Shown here: positions 24,701 to 36,900 of the stretch, piece after piece | How positions within the stretch are numbered: position 1 is the first letter of the stretch | Layout of the letters: each line of letters begins with the position of its first letter | DNA from: Eledone cirrhosa | Lineage: Eukaryota | Assembly (NCBI GenBank): GCA_964016885.1 | Contig: OZ024742.1 | Location: 184,884,001 to 184,948,000 of the forward strand | DNA length: 64,000 bases | Direction of reading: 5' to 3' | Position numbers and translations under genes: made by a program | Notes under the pieces: generated by a model | The model's input: the letters and a program-made list of their open reading frames with translations, nothing else | Database searches by the model: none | What the model was told of the DNA's origin: nothing

Positions 24701-27700
24701 TAAGTTGGGGTTAAGTTAAGTTGGGGTTGAGTTAAGTTGGGGTTAAGTTAAGTCGGGGTTAAGTTAAGTTGTGGTTAAGTTAAGTTGGGGTTAAGTTAAG
24801 TTGGGGTTAAGTTAAGTTGGGGTTGAGTTAAGTTGGGGTTAAGTTAAGTTGGGTTTAAGTTAAGTTGGGGTTAAGTTAAGTTGGGGTTAAGTTAAGGTGG
24901 GGTTAAGTTAAGTTGGGGTTAAGTTAAGTCGGGGTTAAGTTAAGTTGGGGTTAAGTTAAGTTGGGGTTAAGTTAAGTTGGGGTTAAGTTAAGTTCGGGTT
25001 AAGATAAGTTGGGGTTAAGTTAAGTTGGGGTTGAGTTAAGTTGGGGTTGAGTTAATTTGGGGTTAAGTTAAGTTGGGGTTAACTTAAATTGGGGTTAAGT
25101 TAAGTTGGCGTTCAGTTAAGTTGCGGTTAAGTTAAGTTGGGGTTAACTTAAGTCGGGTTTAAGTTAAGTTGGGGTTAAGTTAAGTTGGGGTCAAGTTAAG
25201 TTGGGGTTAAGTTAAGTTGGAGTTAAGTTAAGTTGGGGTTAAGTTAAGTCGGGGTTAAGTTAAGTTGGGGTTAAGTTAAGTTGGGGTTAAGTTAAGTTGG
25301 GGTCAAGTTAAGTTGGGGTTAAGTTAAGTTGGGGTTAATTTAAGTTGGGGTTAAGTTAAGTCGCGGTTAAGTTAAGTAGGGGTTAAGTTAAGATGGGGTT
25401 AAGTTAAGTTGTGGTTAAGTTAAGTTGGGGTTAAGATAAGTTGGGGTTAAGTTAAGTTGCGGTTGAGTTAAGTTGGGGTTGAGTTAATTGGGGTTAAGTT
25501 AAGTTGGGGTTAACTTAAGTTGGGTTTAAGTTAAGTTGGGGTTAAGTTAAGTTGGGGTTAAATTAAGTTGGGGTTATGATAAGTTGGGGTTAAGTTAAGT
25601 CGGGGTTAAGTTATGTCGGGGTTAAGTTAAGTTGGGGTTAAGTTAACTTGGTGTTAAGTTAAGTTGGGGTTCAGTTAAGTTGGGGTTGAGTTAAGTTGGG
25701 GGTCAAGTTAAGTTGGGGTTAAGCTAAGTTGGGGTTAAGTTAAGTTGGGGTTAATTTAAGTTTTGGTTAAGTTAAGTTGGGGCTGAGTTAAGTTGGGGTC
25801 AAGTTAAGTTGGGGTTGAGTTAAGAAGGGGTTAAGTTAACTTGGGGTTAAGTTAACTTGGGGTTAAGTTAAGTTGGGGTTAAGTTAAGTTGGGGTTAAGT
25901 TAAGTTGGGGTTAAGTTAAGTTGGGGTTAAGATAAGTTGGGGTTAAGTTAAGTTGGGGTTGAGTTAAGTTGGGGTTGAGTTAATTTGGGGTTAAGTTAAG
26001 TTGGGGTTAACTTAAGTTGGGGTTCAGTTAAGTTGGCGTTCAGTTAAGTTGCGGTGAAGTTAAGTTGGGGTTAACTTAAGTCGGGGTTAAGTTAAGTTGG
26101 GGTTAAGTTAAGTTGGGGTCAAGTTAAGTTGGGGTTAAGTTAAGTTGGGGTTATGTTAAGTTGGGGTTAAGTTAAGTTGGGGTTAAGTTAAGTCGGGGTT
26201 AAGTTAAGTTGGGGTTAAGTTAAGTTGGGGTTAAGTTAAGTTGGGGTCAAGTTAAGTTGGGGTTAAGTTAAGTTGGGGTTAAGTTAAGTCGCGGTTAAGT
26301 TAAGTTGGGGTTAAGTTAAGATGGGGTTAAGTTAAGTTGGGGTTAAGTTAAGTTGGGGTTAAGATAAGTTGGGGTTAAGTTAAGTTGGGGTTGAGTTAAG
26401 TTGGGGTTGAGTTAATTGGGGTTAAGTTAAGTTGGGGTTAACTTAAGTTGGGTTTAAGTTAAGTTGGCGTTAAGTTAAGTTGGGGTTAAATTAAGTTGGG
26501 GTTAAGATAAGTTGGGGTTAAGTTAAGTCGGTGTTAAGTTAAGTCGGGGTTAAGTTAAGTTCGGGTTAAGTTAACTTGCTGTTAAGTTAAGTTGGGGCTC
26601 AGTTACGTTGGGGTTGAGTTAAGTTGGGGTCAAGTTAAGTTGGGACTAAGCTAAGTTGGGGTTAAGTTAAGTTGGGGTTAAGTTAAGTTGGCGCTAAGTT
26701 AAGTGAAGGTTAAGTTAAGTTGGGGTTGAGTTAAGTTGGGGTTAAGTTAAGTTGGGGTTGAGTTAAGTTGGGGTTGAGTTAAGTTGGGGTTGAGTTAAGT
26801 TGGGGTTACGTTAAGTTGGGGTTAAGTTAAGTTGGGGTTAAGTTAAGTTTAGGTTAACTTAAGTTGGGGTTAAGTTAAGTTGGGGTTAAGTTAAGTTGGG
26901 ACTAAGTTAAGTTGGGGCTAAGTTAAGTTGGAGCTAAGTTAAGTTGGGGTTAAATTAAGGTGGGGTTTAGTTAAGTTGGGGTTGAATTAAGTTGGGGTTG
27001 AGTTAAGTTGGGGTTAAGTTAAGTTGGGGTTAAGTTAAGTTAGGGTTAACTTAAGTTGGGGTTAAGTTAAGTTGGGGTTGAGTTAAGTTGGGGTTTAATT
27101 AAGTTGGGGTTGAGTTAAGTTGGGGTTGAGTTAAGTTGGGCTTGAGTTAAGTTGGGGTTGAGTTAAGTTGGGCTTATCTTAAGTTGGGGTTAATTTAAGA
27201 TGGGGTTAATTTAAGTTGGGGTTAAGTTAATTTGGGGTTATGTTAAGTTGGGGCTAAGTTAAGTTGGGACTAAGCTAAGTTGGGGTTAAGTTAAGTTGGG
27301 GTTAAGTTAAGTTGGCGCTAAGTTAAGTGAAGGTTAAGTTAAGTTGGGGTTGAGTTAAGTTGGGGTTAAGTTAAGTTGGGGTTGAGTTAAGTTGGGGTTG
27401 AGTTAAGTTGGGGTTGAGTTAAGTTGGGGTTACGTTAAGTTGGGGTTAAGTTAAGTTGGGGTTAAGTTAAGTTTAGGTTAACTTAAGTTGGGGTTAAGTT
27501 AAGTTGGGGTTAAGTTAAGTTGGGACTAAGTTAAGTTGGGGCTAAGTTAAGTTGGAGCTAAGTTAAGTTGGGGTTAAATTAAGGTGGGGTTTAGTTAAGT
27601 TGGGGTTGAATTAAGTTGGGGTTGAGTTAAGTTGGGGTTAAGTTAAGTTGGGGTTAAGTTAAGTTAGGGTTAACTTAAGTTGGGGTTAAGTTAAGTTGGG

Positions 27701-30700
27701 GTTGAGTTAAGTTGGGGTTTAATTAAGTTGGGGTTGAGTTAAGTTGGGGTTGAGTTAAGTTGGGCTTGAGTTAAGTTGGGGTTGAGTTAAGTTGGGCTTA
27801 TCTTAAGTTGGGGTTAACTTAAGTTGGGGTTAAGTTAAGTTGAGGTTAACTTAAGTTGGGGTTAAGTTAAGTTGGGGTTAAGTTAAGTTGGGGCTAAGTT
27901 AAGTTGGGGCTAAGTTAAGTTGGGGTTAAGTTAAGTTGGGGTTAAGTTAAGTTGGGGTCAACTTAAGTTGGGGCTAAGTTAAGTTGGGGTTAAGTTAAGT
28001 TGCGGCTAAGTTAAGTTGGGGTTAAGTTAAGTTGGGGTTAAATTAAGTTGGGGTCAACGTAAGTTGGGGTTAAGTTAAGTTGGGGTTAAGTTAATTTGGG
28101 GGTAAGTTAAGTTGGGGTTAAGTTAAGTTGGGGTTAAGTTAAGTTGGGGTTAAGTTAAGTTGGGGCTGAGTTAAGTTGGGGCTGTGTTAAGTTGGGGTTA
28201 AGTTAAGTTGGGGTTAAGTTAAGTTGGGGTTAAGTTGGGGTTAAATTAAGTTGGGTTTAGGTTAAGTTGGGGTTGAGTTAAGTTGGGGTTAAGTTAAGTT
28301 GGGGTTAATTTAAGTTGGGGTTAAGTTAAGTTGGGGCTGAGTTAAGTTGGGGTTAAGTTAAGTTGGGGTTGAGTTAAGTTGGGGTTAAGTTAAGTTGGGG
28401 TTAAGTTAAGTCGGGGTTAAGTTAAGTTGGGGTTAAGTTAAGTTGGGGTTAAGTTAAGTTGGGGTTAAGTTAAGTTGGGGTTAAGTTAAGTTGGGGTTAA
28501 GATAAGTTGGGGTTAAGTTAAGTTGGGGTTGAGTTAAGTTGGGGTTGAGTTAATTTGGGGTTAAGTTAAGTTGGGGTTAACTTAAGTTGGGGTTCAGTTA
28601 AGTTGGCGTTCAGTTAAGTTGCGGTGAAGTTAAGTTGGGGTTAACTTAAGTCGGGGTTAAGTTAAGTTGGGGTTAAGTTAAGTTGGGGTCAAGTTAAGTT
28701 GGGGTTAAGTTAAGTTGGGGTTATGTTAAGTTGGGGTTAAGTTAAGTTGGGGTTAAGTTAAGTCGGGTTTAAGTTAAGTTGGGGTTAAGTTAAGTTGGGG
28801 TTAAGTTAAGTTGGGGTCAAGTTAAGTTGGGGTTAAGTTAAGTTGGGGTTAAGTTAAGTCGCGGTTAAGTTAAGTTGGGGTTAAGTTAAGATGGGGTTAA
28901 GTTAAGTTGGGGTTAAGTTAAGTTGGGGTTAAGATAAGTTGGGGTTAAGTTAAGTTGGGGTTGAATTAAGTTGGGGTTGAGTTAATTGGGGTTAAGTTAA
29001 GTTGGGGTTAACTTAAGTTGGGTTTAAGTTAAGTTGGGGTTAAGTTAAGTTGGGGTTAAATTAAGTTGGGGTTAAGATAAGTTGGGGTTAAGTTAAGTCG
29101 GGGTTAAGTTAAGTCGGGGTTAAGTTAAGTTGGGGTTAAGTTAACTTGGTGTTAAGTTAAGTTGGGGCTCAGTTAAGTTGGGGTTGAGTTAAGTTGGGGT
29201 CAAGTTAAGTTGGGACTAAGCTAAGTTGGGGTTAAGTTAAGTTGGGGTTAAGTTAAGTTGGCGCTAAGTTAAGTGAAGGTTAAGTTAAGTTGGGGTTGAG
29301 TTAAGTTGGGGTTAATTTAAGTTGGGGTTGAGTTAAGTTGGGGTTGAGTTAAGTTGGGGTTGAGTTAAGTTGGGGTTACGTTAAGTTGGGGTTAAGTTAA
29401 GTTGGGGTTAAGTTAAGTTTAGGTTAACTTAAGTTGGGGTTAAGTTAAGTTGGGGTTAAGTTAAGTTGGGGCTAAGTTAAGTTGGGGCTAAGTTAAGTTG
29501 GGGCTAAGTTAAGTTGGGGTTAAGTTAAGGTGGGGTTTAGTTAAGTTGGGGTTGAGTTAAGTTGGGGTTGAGTTAAGTTGGGGTTAAGTTAAGTTGGGGT
29601 TAAGTTAAGTTAGGGTTAACTTAAGTTGGGGTTAAGTTAAGTTGGGGTTGAGTTAAGTTGGGGTTTAATTAAGTTGGGGTTGAGTTAAGTTGGGGTTGAG
29701 TTAAGTTGGGCTTGAGTTAAGTTGGGGTTGAGTTAAGTTGGGCTTATCTTAAGTTGGGGTTAATTTAAGATGGGGTTAAGTTAAGTTGGGGTTAAGTTAA
29801 TTTGGGGTTAAGTTAAGTTGGGGTTAAGTTAAGTTGGGGTTATGTTAAGTTGTGGTTAAGTTAAGTTGGGGTTAAGTTAAGTTGGGGTTAAGTTAAGTTG
29901 GGGTTAAGTTAAGTTGGGGTTAAATTAAGCTGGGTTGAAGTTAAGTTGGGGTTAAGTTAAGTTGGGGTTAAGTTAAGTTGGGGTTAAGTTAAGTTGGGGT
30001 TAAGTTAAGTCGGGGTTAAGTTAATTTGGGGTTCAGTTAAGTTGGGGTTAAGTTAAGTTGGGGCTTATTTAAGTTGGGGTTAAGTTAAGTTGTGGTTAAG
30101 TTAAGTTGGGGTTAAGTTAAGTCGGGGTTAAGTTAAGTCGGGGTTAAGTTAAGTTGTGGTTAAGTTAAGTTGGGGTTAAGTTAAGTTGGGGTTAAGTTAA
30201 GTTAGGGATAAGCTAAGTTGGCGTTAAGTTAAGTTGGGGTTAAGTTAAGTTGGGGTTAAGTTAAGTTGTGGTTAAGTTAAGTTGGGGCTGAGTTAAGTTG
30301 GGGTCAAGTTAAGTTGGGGTTGAGTTAAGTTGGGGTTAAGTTAACTTGGGGTTAATTTAAGTTGGGGTTAAGTCAAATTGGGTTTGAGTTAAGTTAGGGT
30401 TAAGTTAAGTTGGGGTTAAGTTAAGTTGGGGTTAAGTTAAGTTGGGGTTAAGTTAAGTTGGGGTTAAATTAAGCTGGGTTTAAGTTAAGTTGGGGTTAAG
30501 TTAAGTTGGGGTTAAGTTAAGTTGGGGTTAAGTTAAGTTGAGGTTAAGTTAAGTTGGGGTTAAGTTAAGTTGGGGATAAGTTAAGTTGAGTTTAAGTTAA
30601 GTTGGAGTTAATTTAAGTTGAGGTTAAGTTAAGTTGTGGTAAAGTTAAGTTGGGGTTAAGTTAAGTTGGGGTTAAGTTAAGTTGGGGTTCAGTTAAGTTG

Positions 30701-33700
30701 GGGTTAAGTTAAGTAGGGGTTCAGTTGGGGTTAAATTAAGTTGGGGTTAAGTTAAGTTGGGGTTAAGTTAAGTTGGGGTTAAGTTAAGTTGGGGTTAAGT
30801 TAAGTTGGGGTTAAGTTAAGTTGGGGTTGAGTTAAGTTGGGGTTAAGTTAAGTCGGGGTTAAGTTAAGTTGTGGTTAAGTTAAGTTGGGGTTAAGTTAAG
30901 TTGGGGTTAAGTTAAGTTGGGGTTGAGTTAAGTTGGGGTTAAGTTAAGTTGGGTTTAAGTTAAGTTGGGGTTAAGTTAAGTTGGGGTTAAGTTAAGGTGG
31001 GGTTAAGTTAAGTTGGGGTTAAGTTAAGTCGGGGTTAAGTTAAGTTGGGGTTAAGTTAAGTTGGGGTTAAGTTAAGTTGGGGTTAAGTTAAGTTCGGGTT
31101 AAGATAAGTTGGGGTTAAGTTAAGTTGGGGTTGAGTTAAGTTGGGGTTGAGTTAATTTGGGGTTAAGTTAAGTTGGGGTTAACTTAAATTGGGGTTAAGT
31201 TAAGTTGGCGTTCAGTTAAGTTGCGGTTAAGTTAAGTTGGGGTTAACTTAAGTCGGGTTTAAGTTAAGTTGGGGTTAAGTTAAGTTGGGGTCAAGTTAAG
31301 TTGGGGTTAAGTTAAGTTGGAGTTAAGTTAAGTTGGGGTTAAGTTAAGTCGGGGTTAAGTTAAGTTGGGGTTAAGTTAAGTTGGGGTTAAGTTAAGTTGG
31401 GGTCAAGTTAAGTTGGGGTTAAGTTAAGTTGGGGTTAATTTAAGTTGGGGTTAAGTTAAGTCGCGGTTAAGTTAAGTAGGGGTTAAGTTAAGATGGGGTT
31501 AAGTTAAGTTGTGGTTAAGTTAAGTTGGGGTTAAGATAAGTTGGGGTTAAGTTAAGTTGCGGTTGAGTTAAGTTGGGGTTGAGTTAATTGGGGTTAAGTT
31601 AAGTTGGGGTTAACTTAAGTTGGGTTTAAGTTAAGTTGGGGTTAAGTTAAGTTGGGGTTAAATTAAGTTGGGGTTATGATAAGTTGGGGTTAAGTTAAGT
31701 CGGGGTTAAGTTATGTCGGGGTTAAGTTAAGTTGGGGTTAAGTTAACTTGGTGTTAAGTTAAGTTGGGGTTCAGTTAAGTTGGGGTTGAGTTAAGTTGGG
31801 GGTCAAGTTAAGTTGGGGTTAAGCTAAGTTGGGGTTAAGTTAAGTTGGGGTTAATTTAAGTTTTGGTTAAGTTAAGTTGGGGCTGAGTTAAGTTGGGGTC
31901 AAGTTAAGTTGGGGTTGAGTTAAGAAGGGGTTAAGTTAACTTGGGGTTAAGTTAACTTGGGGTTAAGTTAAGTTGGGGTTAAGTTAAGTTGGGGTTAAGT
32001 TAAGTTGGGGTTAAGTTAAGTTGGGGTTAAGATAAGTTGGGGTTAAGTTAAGTTGGGGTTGAGTTAAGTTGGGGTTGAGTTAATTTGGGGTTAAGTTAAG
32101 TTGGGGTTAACTTAAGTTGGGGTTCAGTTAAGTTGGCGTTCAGTTAAGTTGCGGTGAAGTTAAGTTGGGGTTAACTTAAGTCGGGGTTAAGTTAAGTTGG
32201 GGTTAAGTTAAGTTGGGGTCAAGTTAAGTTGGGGTTAAGTTAAGTTGGGGTTATGTTAAGTTGGGGTTAAGTTAAGTTGGGGTTAAGTTAAGTCGGGGTT
32301 AAGTTAAGTTGGGGTTAAGTTAAGTTGGGGTTAAGTTAAGTTGGGGTCAAGTTAAGTTGGGGTTAAGTTAAGTTGGGGTTAAGTTAAGTCGCGGTTAAGT
32401 TAAGTTGGGGTTAAGTTAAGATGGGGTTAAGTTAAGTTGGGGTTAAGTTAAGTTGGGGTTAAGATAAGTTGGGGTTAAGTTAAGTTGGGGTTGAGTTAAG
32501 TTGGGGTTGAGTTAATTGGGGTTAAGTTAAGTTGGGGTTAACTTAAGTTGGGTTTAAGTTAAGTTGGCGTTAAGTTAAGTTGGGGTTAAATTAAGTTGGG
32601 GTTAAGATAAGTTGGGGTTAAGTTAAGTCGGTGTTAAGTTAAGTCGGGGTTAAGTTAAGTTCGGGTTAAGTTAACTTGCTGTTAAGTTAAGTTGGGGCTC
32701 AGTTACGTTGGGGTTGAGTTAAGTTGGGGTCAAGTTAAGTTGGGACTAAGCTAAGTTGGGGTTAAGTTAAGTTGGGGTTAAGTTAAGTTGGCGCTAAGTT
32801 AAGTGAAGGTTAAGTTAAGTTGGGGTTGAGTTAAGTTGGGGTTAAGTTAAGTTGGGGTTGAGTTAAGTTGGGGTTGAGTTAAGTTGGGGTTGAGTTAAGT
32901 TGGGGTTACGTTAAGTTGGGGTTAAGTTAAGTTGGGGTTAAGTTAAGTTTAGGTTAACTTAAGTTGGGGTTAAGTTAAGTTGGGGTTAAGTTAAGTTGGG
33001 ACTAAGTTAAGTTGGGGCTAAGTTAAGTTGGAGCTAAGTTAAGTTGGGGTTAAATTAAGGTGGGGTTTAGTTAAGTTGGGGTTGAATTAAGTTGGGGTTG
33101 AGTTAAGTTGGGGTTAAGTTAAGTTGGGGTTAAGTTAAGTTAGGGTTAACTTAAGTTGGGGTTAAGTTAAGTTGGGGTTGAGTTAAGTTGGGGTTTAATT
33201 AAGTTGGGGTTGAGTTAAGTTGGGGTTGAGTTAAGTTGGGCTTGAGTTAAGTTGGGGTTGAGTTAAGTTGGGCTTATCTTAAGTTGGGGTTAATTTAAGA
33301 TGGGGTTAATTTAAGTTGGGGTTAAGTTAATTTGGGGTTATGTTAAGTTGGGGCTAAGTTAAGTTGGGACTAAGCTAAGTTGGGGTTAAGTTAAGTTGGG
33401 GTTAAGTTAAGTTGGCGCTAAGTTAAGTGAAGGTTAAGTTAAGTTGGGGTTGAGTTAAGTTGGGGTTAAGTTAAGTTGGGGTTGAGTTAAGTTGGGGTTG
33501 AGTTAAGTTGGGGTTGAGTTAAGTTGGGGTTACGTTAAGTTGGGGTTAAGTTAAGTTGGGGTTAAGTTAAGTTTAGGTTAACTTAAGTTGGGGTTAAGTT
33601 AAGTTGGGGTTAAGTTAAGTTGGGACTAAGTTAAGTTGGGGCTAAGTTAAGTTGGAGCTAAGTTAAGTTGGGGTTAAATTAAGGTGGGGTTTAGTTAAGT

Positions 33701-33917
33701 TGGGGTTGAATTAAGTTGGGGTTGAGTTAAGTTGGGGTTAAGTTAAGTTGGGGTTAAGTTAAGTTAGGGTTAACTTAAGTTGGGGTTAAGTTAAGTTGGG
33801 GTTGAGTTAAGTTGGGGTTTAATTAAGTTGGGGTTGAGTTAAGTTGGGGTTGAGTTAAGTTGGGCTTGAGTTAAGTTGGGGTTGAGTTAAGTTGGGCTTA
33901 TCTTAAGTTGGGGTTAA
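21719..33917 (+). repeat. Near-perfect tandem duplication of a 6,100-bp block (~21719-27817 / ~27819-33917)
   Basis: Landmarks recur at exactly +6100: TGAGGTTAAC 21741/27841, TTAAATTAAGTTGGGTTTAG 22141/28241, GGCTTATCTT 23641/29741 and 27171/33271, TAAGAAGGGG 25821/31921. The match is lost upstream of ~21719 (TTATG vs TTAAC) and after ~27817/33917. Confidence 0.92.
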
Positions 33918-36900
33918 TTTAAGATGGGGTTAATTTAAGTTGGGGTTAAGTTAATTTGGGGTTATGTTAAGTTGGGGCTAAGTTAAGTTGGGTCTAAGTT
34001 AAGTTGGGGTTAAGTTAAGTTGGGGTTAAGTTAAGTTGGGGTCAACTTAAGTTGGGGCTAAGTTAAGTTGGGGTTAAGTTAAGTTGCGGCTAAGTTAAGT
34101 TGGGGTTAAGTTAAGTTGGGGTTAAATTAAGTTGGGGTCAACGTAAGTTGGGGTTAAGTTAAGTTGGGGTTAAGTTAATTTGGGGGTAAGTTAAGTTGGG
34201 GTTAAGTTAAGTTGGGGTTAAGTTAAGTTGGGGTTAAGTTAAGTTGGGGCTGAGTTAAGTTGGGGCTGTGTTAAGTTGGGGTTAAGTTAAGTTGGGGTTA
34301 AGTTAAGTTGGGGTTAAGTTGGGGTTAAATTAAGTTGGGGTTAATTTAAGTTGGGGTTAAGTTAAGTTGGGTTTAGGTTAAGTTGGGGTTGAGTTAAGTT
34401 GGGGTTAAGTTAAGTTGGGGTTAATTTAAGTTGGGGTTAAGTTAAGTTGGGGCTGAGTTAAGTTGGGGTTAAGTTAAATTGGGGTTGAGTTAAGTTGGGG
34501 TTAAGTTAAGTTGGGGTTAAGTTAAGTCGGGGTTAAGTTAAGTTGGGGTTAAGTTAAGTTGGGGTTAAGTTAAGTTGGGGTTAAGTTAAGTTGGGGTTAA
34601 GTTAAGTTGGGGTTAAGATAAGTTGGGGTTAAGTTAAGTTGGGGTTGAGTTAAGTTGGGGTTGAGTTAATTTGGGGTTAAGTTAAGTTGGGGTTAACTTA
34701 AGTTGGGGTTCAGTTAAGTTGGCGTTCAGTTAAGTTGCGGTGAAGTTAAGTTGGGGTTAACTTAAGTCGGGGTTAAGTTAAGTTGGGGTTAAGTTAAGTT
34801 GGGGTCAAGTTAAGTTGGGGTTAAGTTAAGTTGGGGTTATGTTAAGTTGGGGTTAAGTTAAGTTGGGGTTAAGTTAAGTCGGGGTTAAGTTAAGTTGGGG
34901 TTAAGTTAAGTTGGGGTTAAGTTAAGTTGGGGTCAAGTTAAGTTGGGGTTAAGTTAAGTTGGGGTTAAGTTAAGTCGCGGTTAAGTTAAGTTGGGGTTAA
35001 GTTAAGATGGGGTTAAGTTAAGTTGGGGTTAAGTTAAGTTGGGGTTAAGATAAGTTGGGGTTAAGTTAATTTGGGGTTGAGTTAAGTTGGGGTTGAGTTA
35101 ATTGGGGTTAAGTTAAGTTGGGGTTGAGTTAAGTTGGGGTTGAGTTAAGTTGGGGTTACGTTAAGTTGGGGTTAAGTTAAGTTGGGGTTAAGTTAAGTTT
35201 AGGTTAACTTAAGTTGGGGTTAAGTTAAGTTGGGGTTAAGTTAAGTTGGGGCTAAGTTAAGTTGGGGCTAAGTTAAGTTGGGGCTAAGTTAAGTTGGGGT
35301 TAAGTTAAGGTGGGGTTTAGTTAAGTTGGGGTTGAGTTAAGTTGGGGTTGAGTTAAGTTGGGGTTGAGTTAAGTTGGGGTTGAGTTAAGTTGGGCTTGAG
35401 TTAAGTTGGGGTTGAGTTAAGTTGGGCTTATCTTAAGTTGGGGTTAATTTAAGATGGGGTTAAGTTAAGTTGGGGTTAAGTTAATTTGGGGTTAAGTTAA
35501 GTTGGGGTTACGTTAAGTTGGGGTTATGTTAAGTTGGGGTTAAGTTAAGTTGGGGTTAAGTTAACTTGCTGTTAAGTTAAGTTGGGGCTCAGTTAAGTTG
35601 GGGTTGAGTTAAGTTGGGGTCAAGTTAAGTTGGGACTAAGCTAAGTTGGGGTTCAGTTAAGTTGGGGTTAAGTTAAGTTGGCGCTAAGTTAAGTGAAGGT
35701 TAAGTTAAGTTGGGGTTGAGTTAAGTTGGGGTTAAGTTAAGTTGGGGTTGAGTTAAGTTGGGGTTGAGTTAAGTTGGGGTTGAGTTAAGTTGGGGTTACG
35801 TTAAGTTGGGGTTAAGTTAAGTTGGGGTTAAGTTAAGTTTAGGTTAACTTAAGTTGGGGTTAAGTTAAGTTGGGGTTAAGTTAAGTTGGGGCTAAGTTAA
35901 GTTGGGGCTAAGTTAAGTTGGGGCTAAGTTAAGTTGGGGTTAAGTTAAGGTGGGGTTTAGTTAAGTTGGGGTTGAGTTAAGTTGGGGTTGAGTTAAGTTG
36001 GGGTTAAGTTAAGTTGGGGTTAAGTTAAGTTAGGGTTAACTTAAGTTGGGGTTAAGTTAAGTTGGGGTTGAGTTAAGTTGGGGTTTAATTAAGTTGGGGT
36101 TGAGTTAAGTTGGGGTTGAGTTAAGTTGGGGTTAAGTTAATTTGGGGTTAAGTTAAGTTGGGGTTAAGTTAAGTTGGGGTTATGTTAAGTTGGGGTTAAG
36201 TTAAGTTGAGGTTAACTTAAGTTGGGGTTAAGTTAAGTTGGGGTTAAGTTAAGTTGGGGCTAAGTTAAGTTGGGGCTAAGTTAAGTTGGGGTTAAGTTAA
36301 GTTGGGGTTAAGTTAAGTTGGGGTCAACTTAAGTTGGGGCTAAGTTAAGTTGGGGTTAAGTTAAGTTGCGGCTAAGTTAAGTTGGGGTTAAGTTAAGTTG
36401 GGGTTAAATTAAGTTGGGGTCAACGTAAGTTGGGGTTAAGTTAAGTTGGGGTTAAGTTAATTTGGGGGTAAGTTAAGTTGGGGTTAAGTTAAGTTGGGGT
36501 TAAGTTAAGTTGGGGTTAAGTTAAGTTGGGGCTGAGTTAAGTTGGGGCTGTGTTAAGTTGGGGTTAAGTTAAGTTGGGGTTAAGTTAAGTTGGGGTTAAG
36601 TTGGGGTTAAATTAAGTTGGGTTTAGGTTAAGTTGGGGTTGAGTTAAGTTGGGGTTAAGTTAAGTTGGGGTTAATTTAAGTTGGGGTTAAGTTAAGTTGG
36701 GGCTGAGTTAAGTTGGGGTTAAGTTAAGTTGGGGTTGAGTTAAGTTGGGGTTAAGTTAAGTTGGGGTTAAGTTAAGTCGGGGTTAAGTTAAGTTGGGGTT
36801 AAGTTAAGTTGGGGTTAAGTTAAGTTGGGGTTAAGTTAAGTTGGGGTTAAGTTAAGTTGGGGTTAAGATAAGTTGGGGTTAAGTTAAGTTGGGGTTGAGT

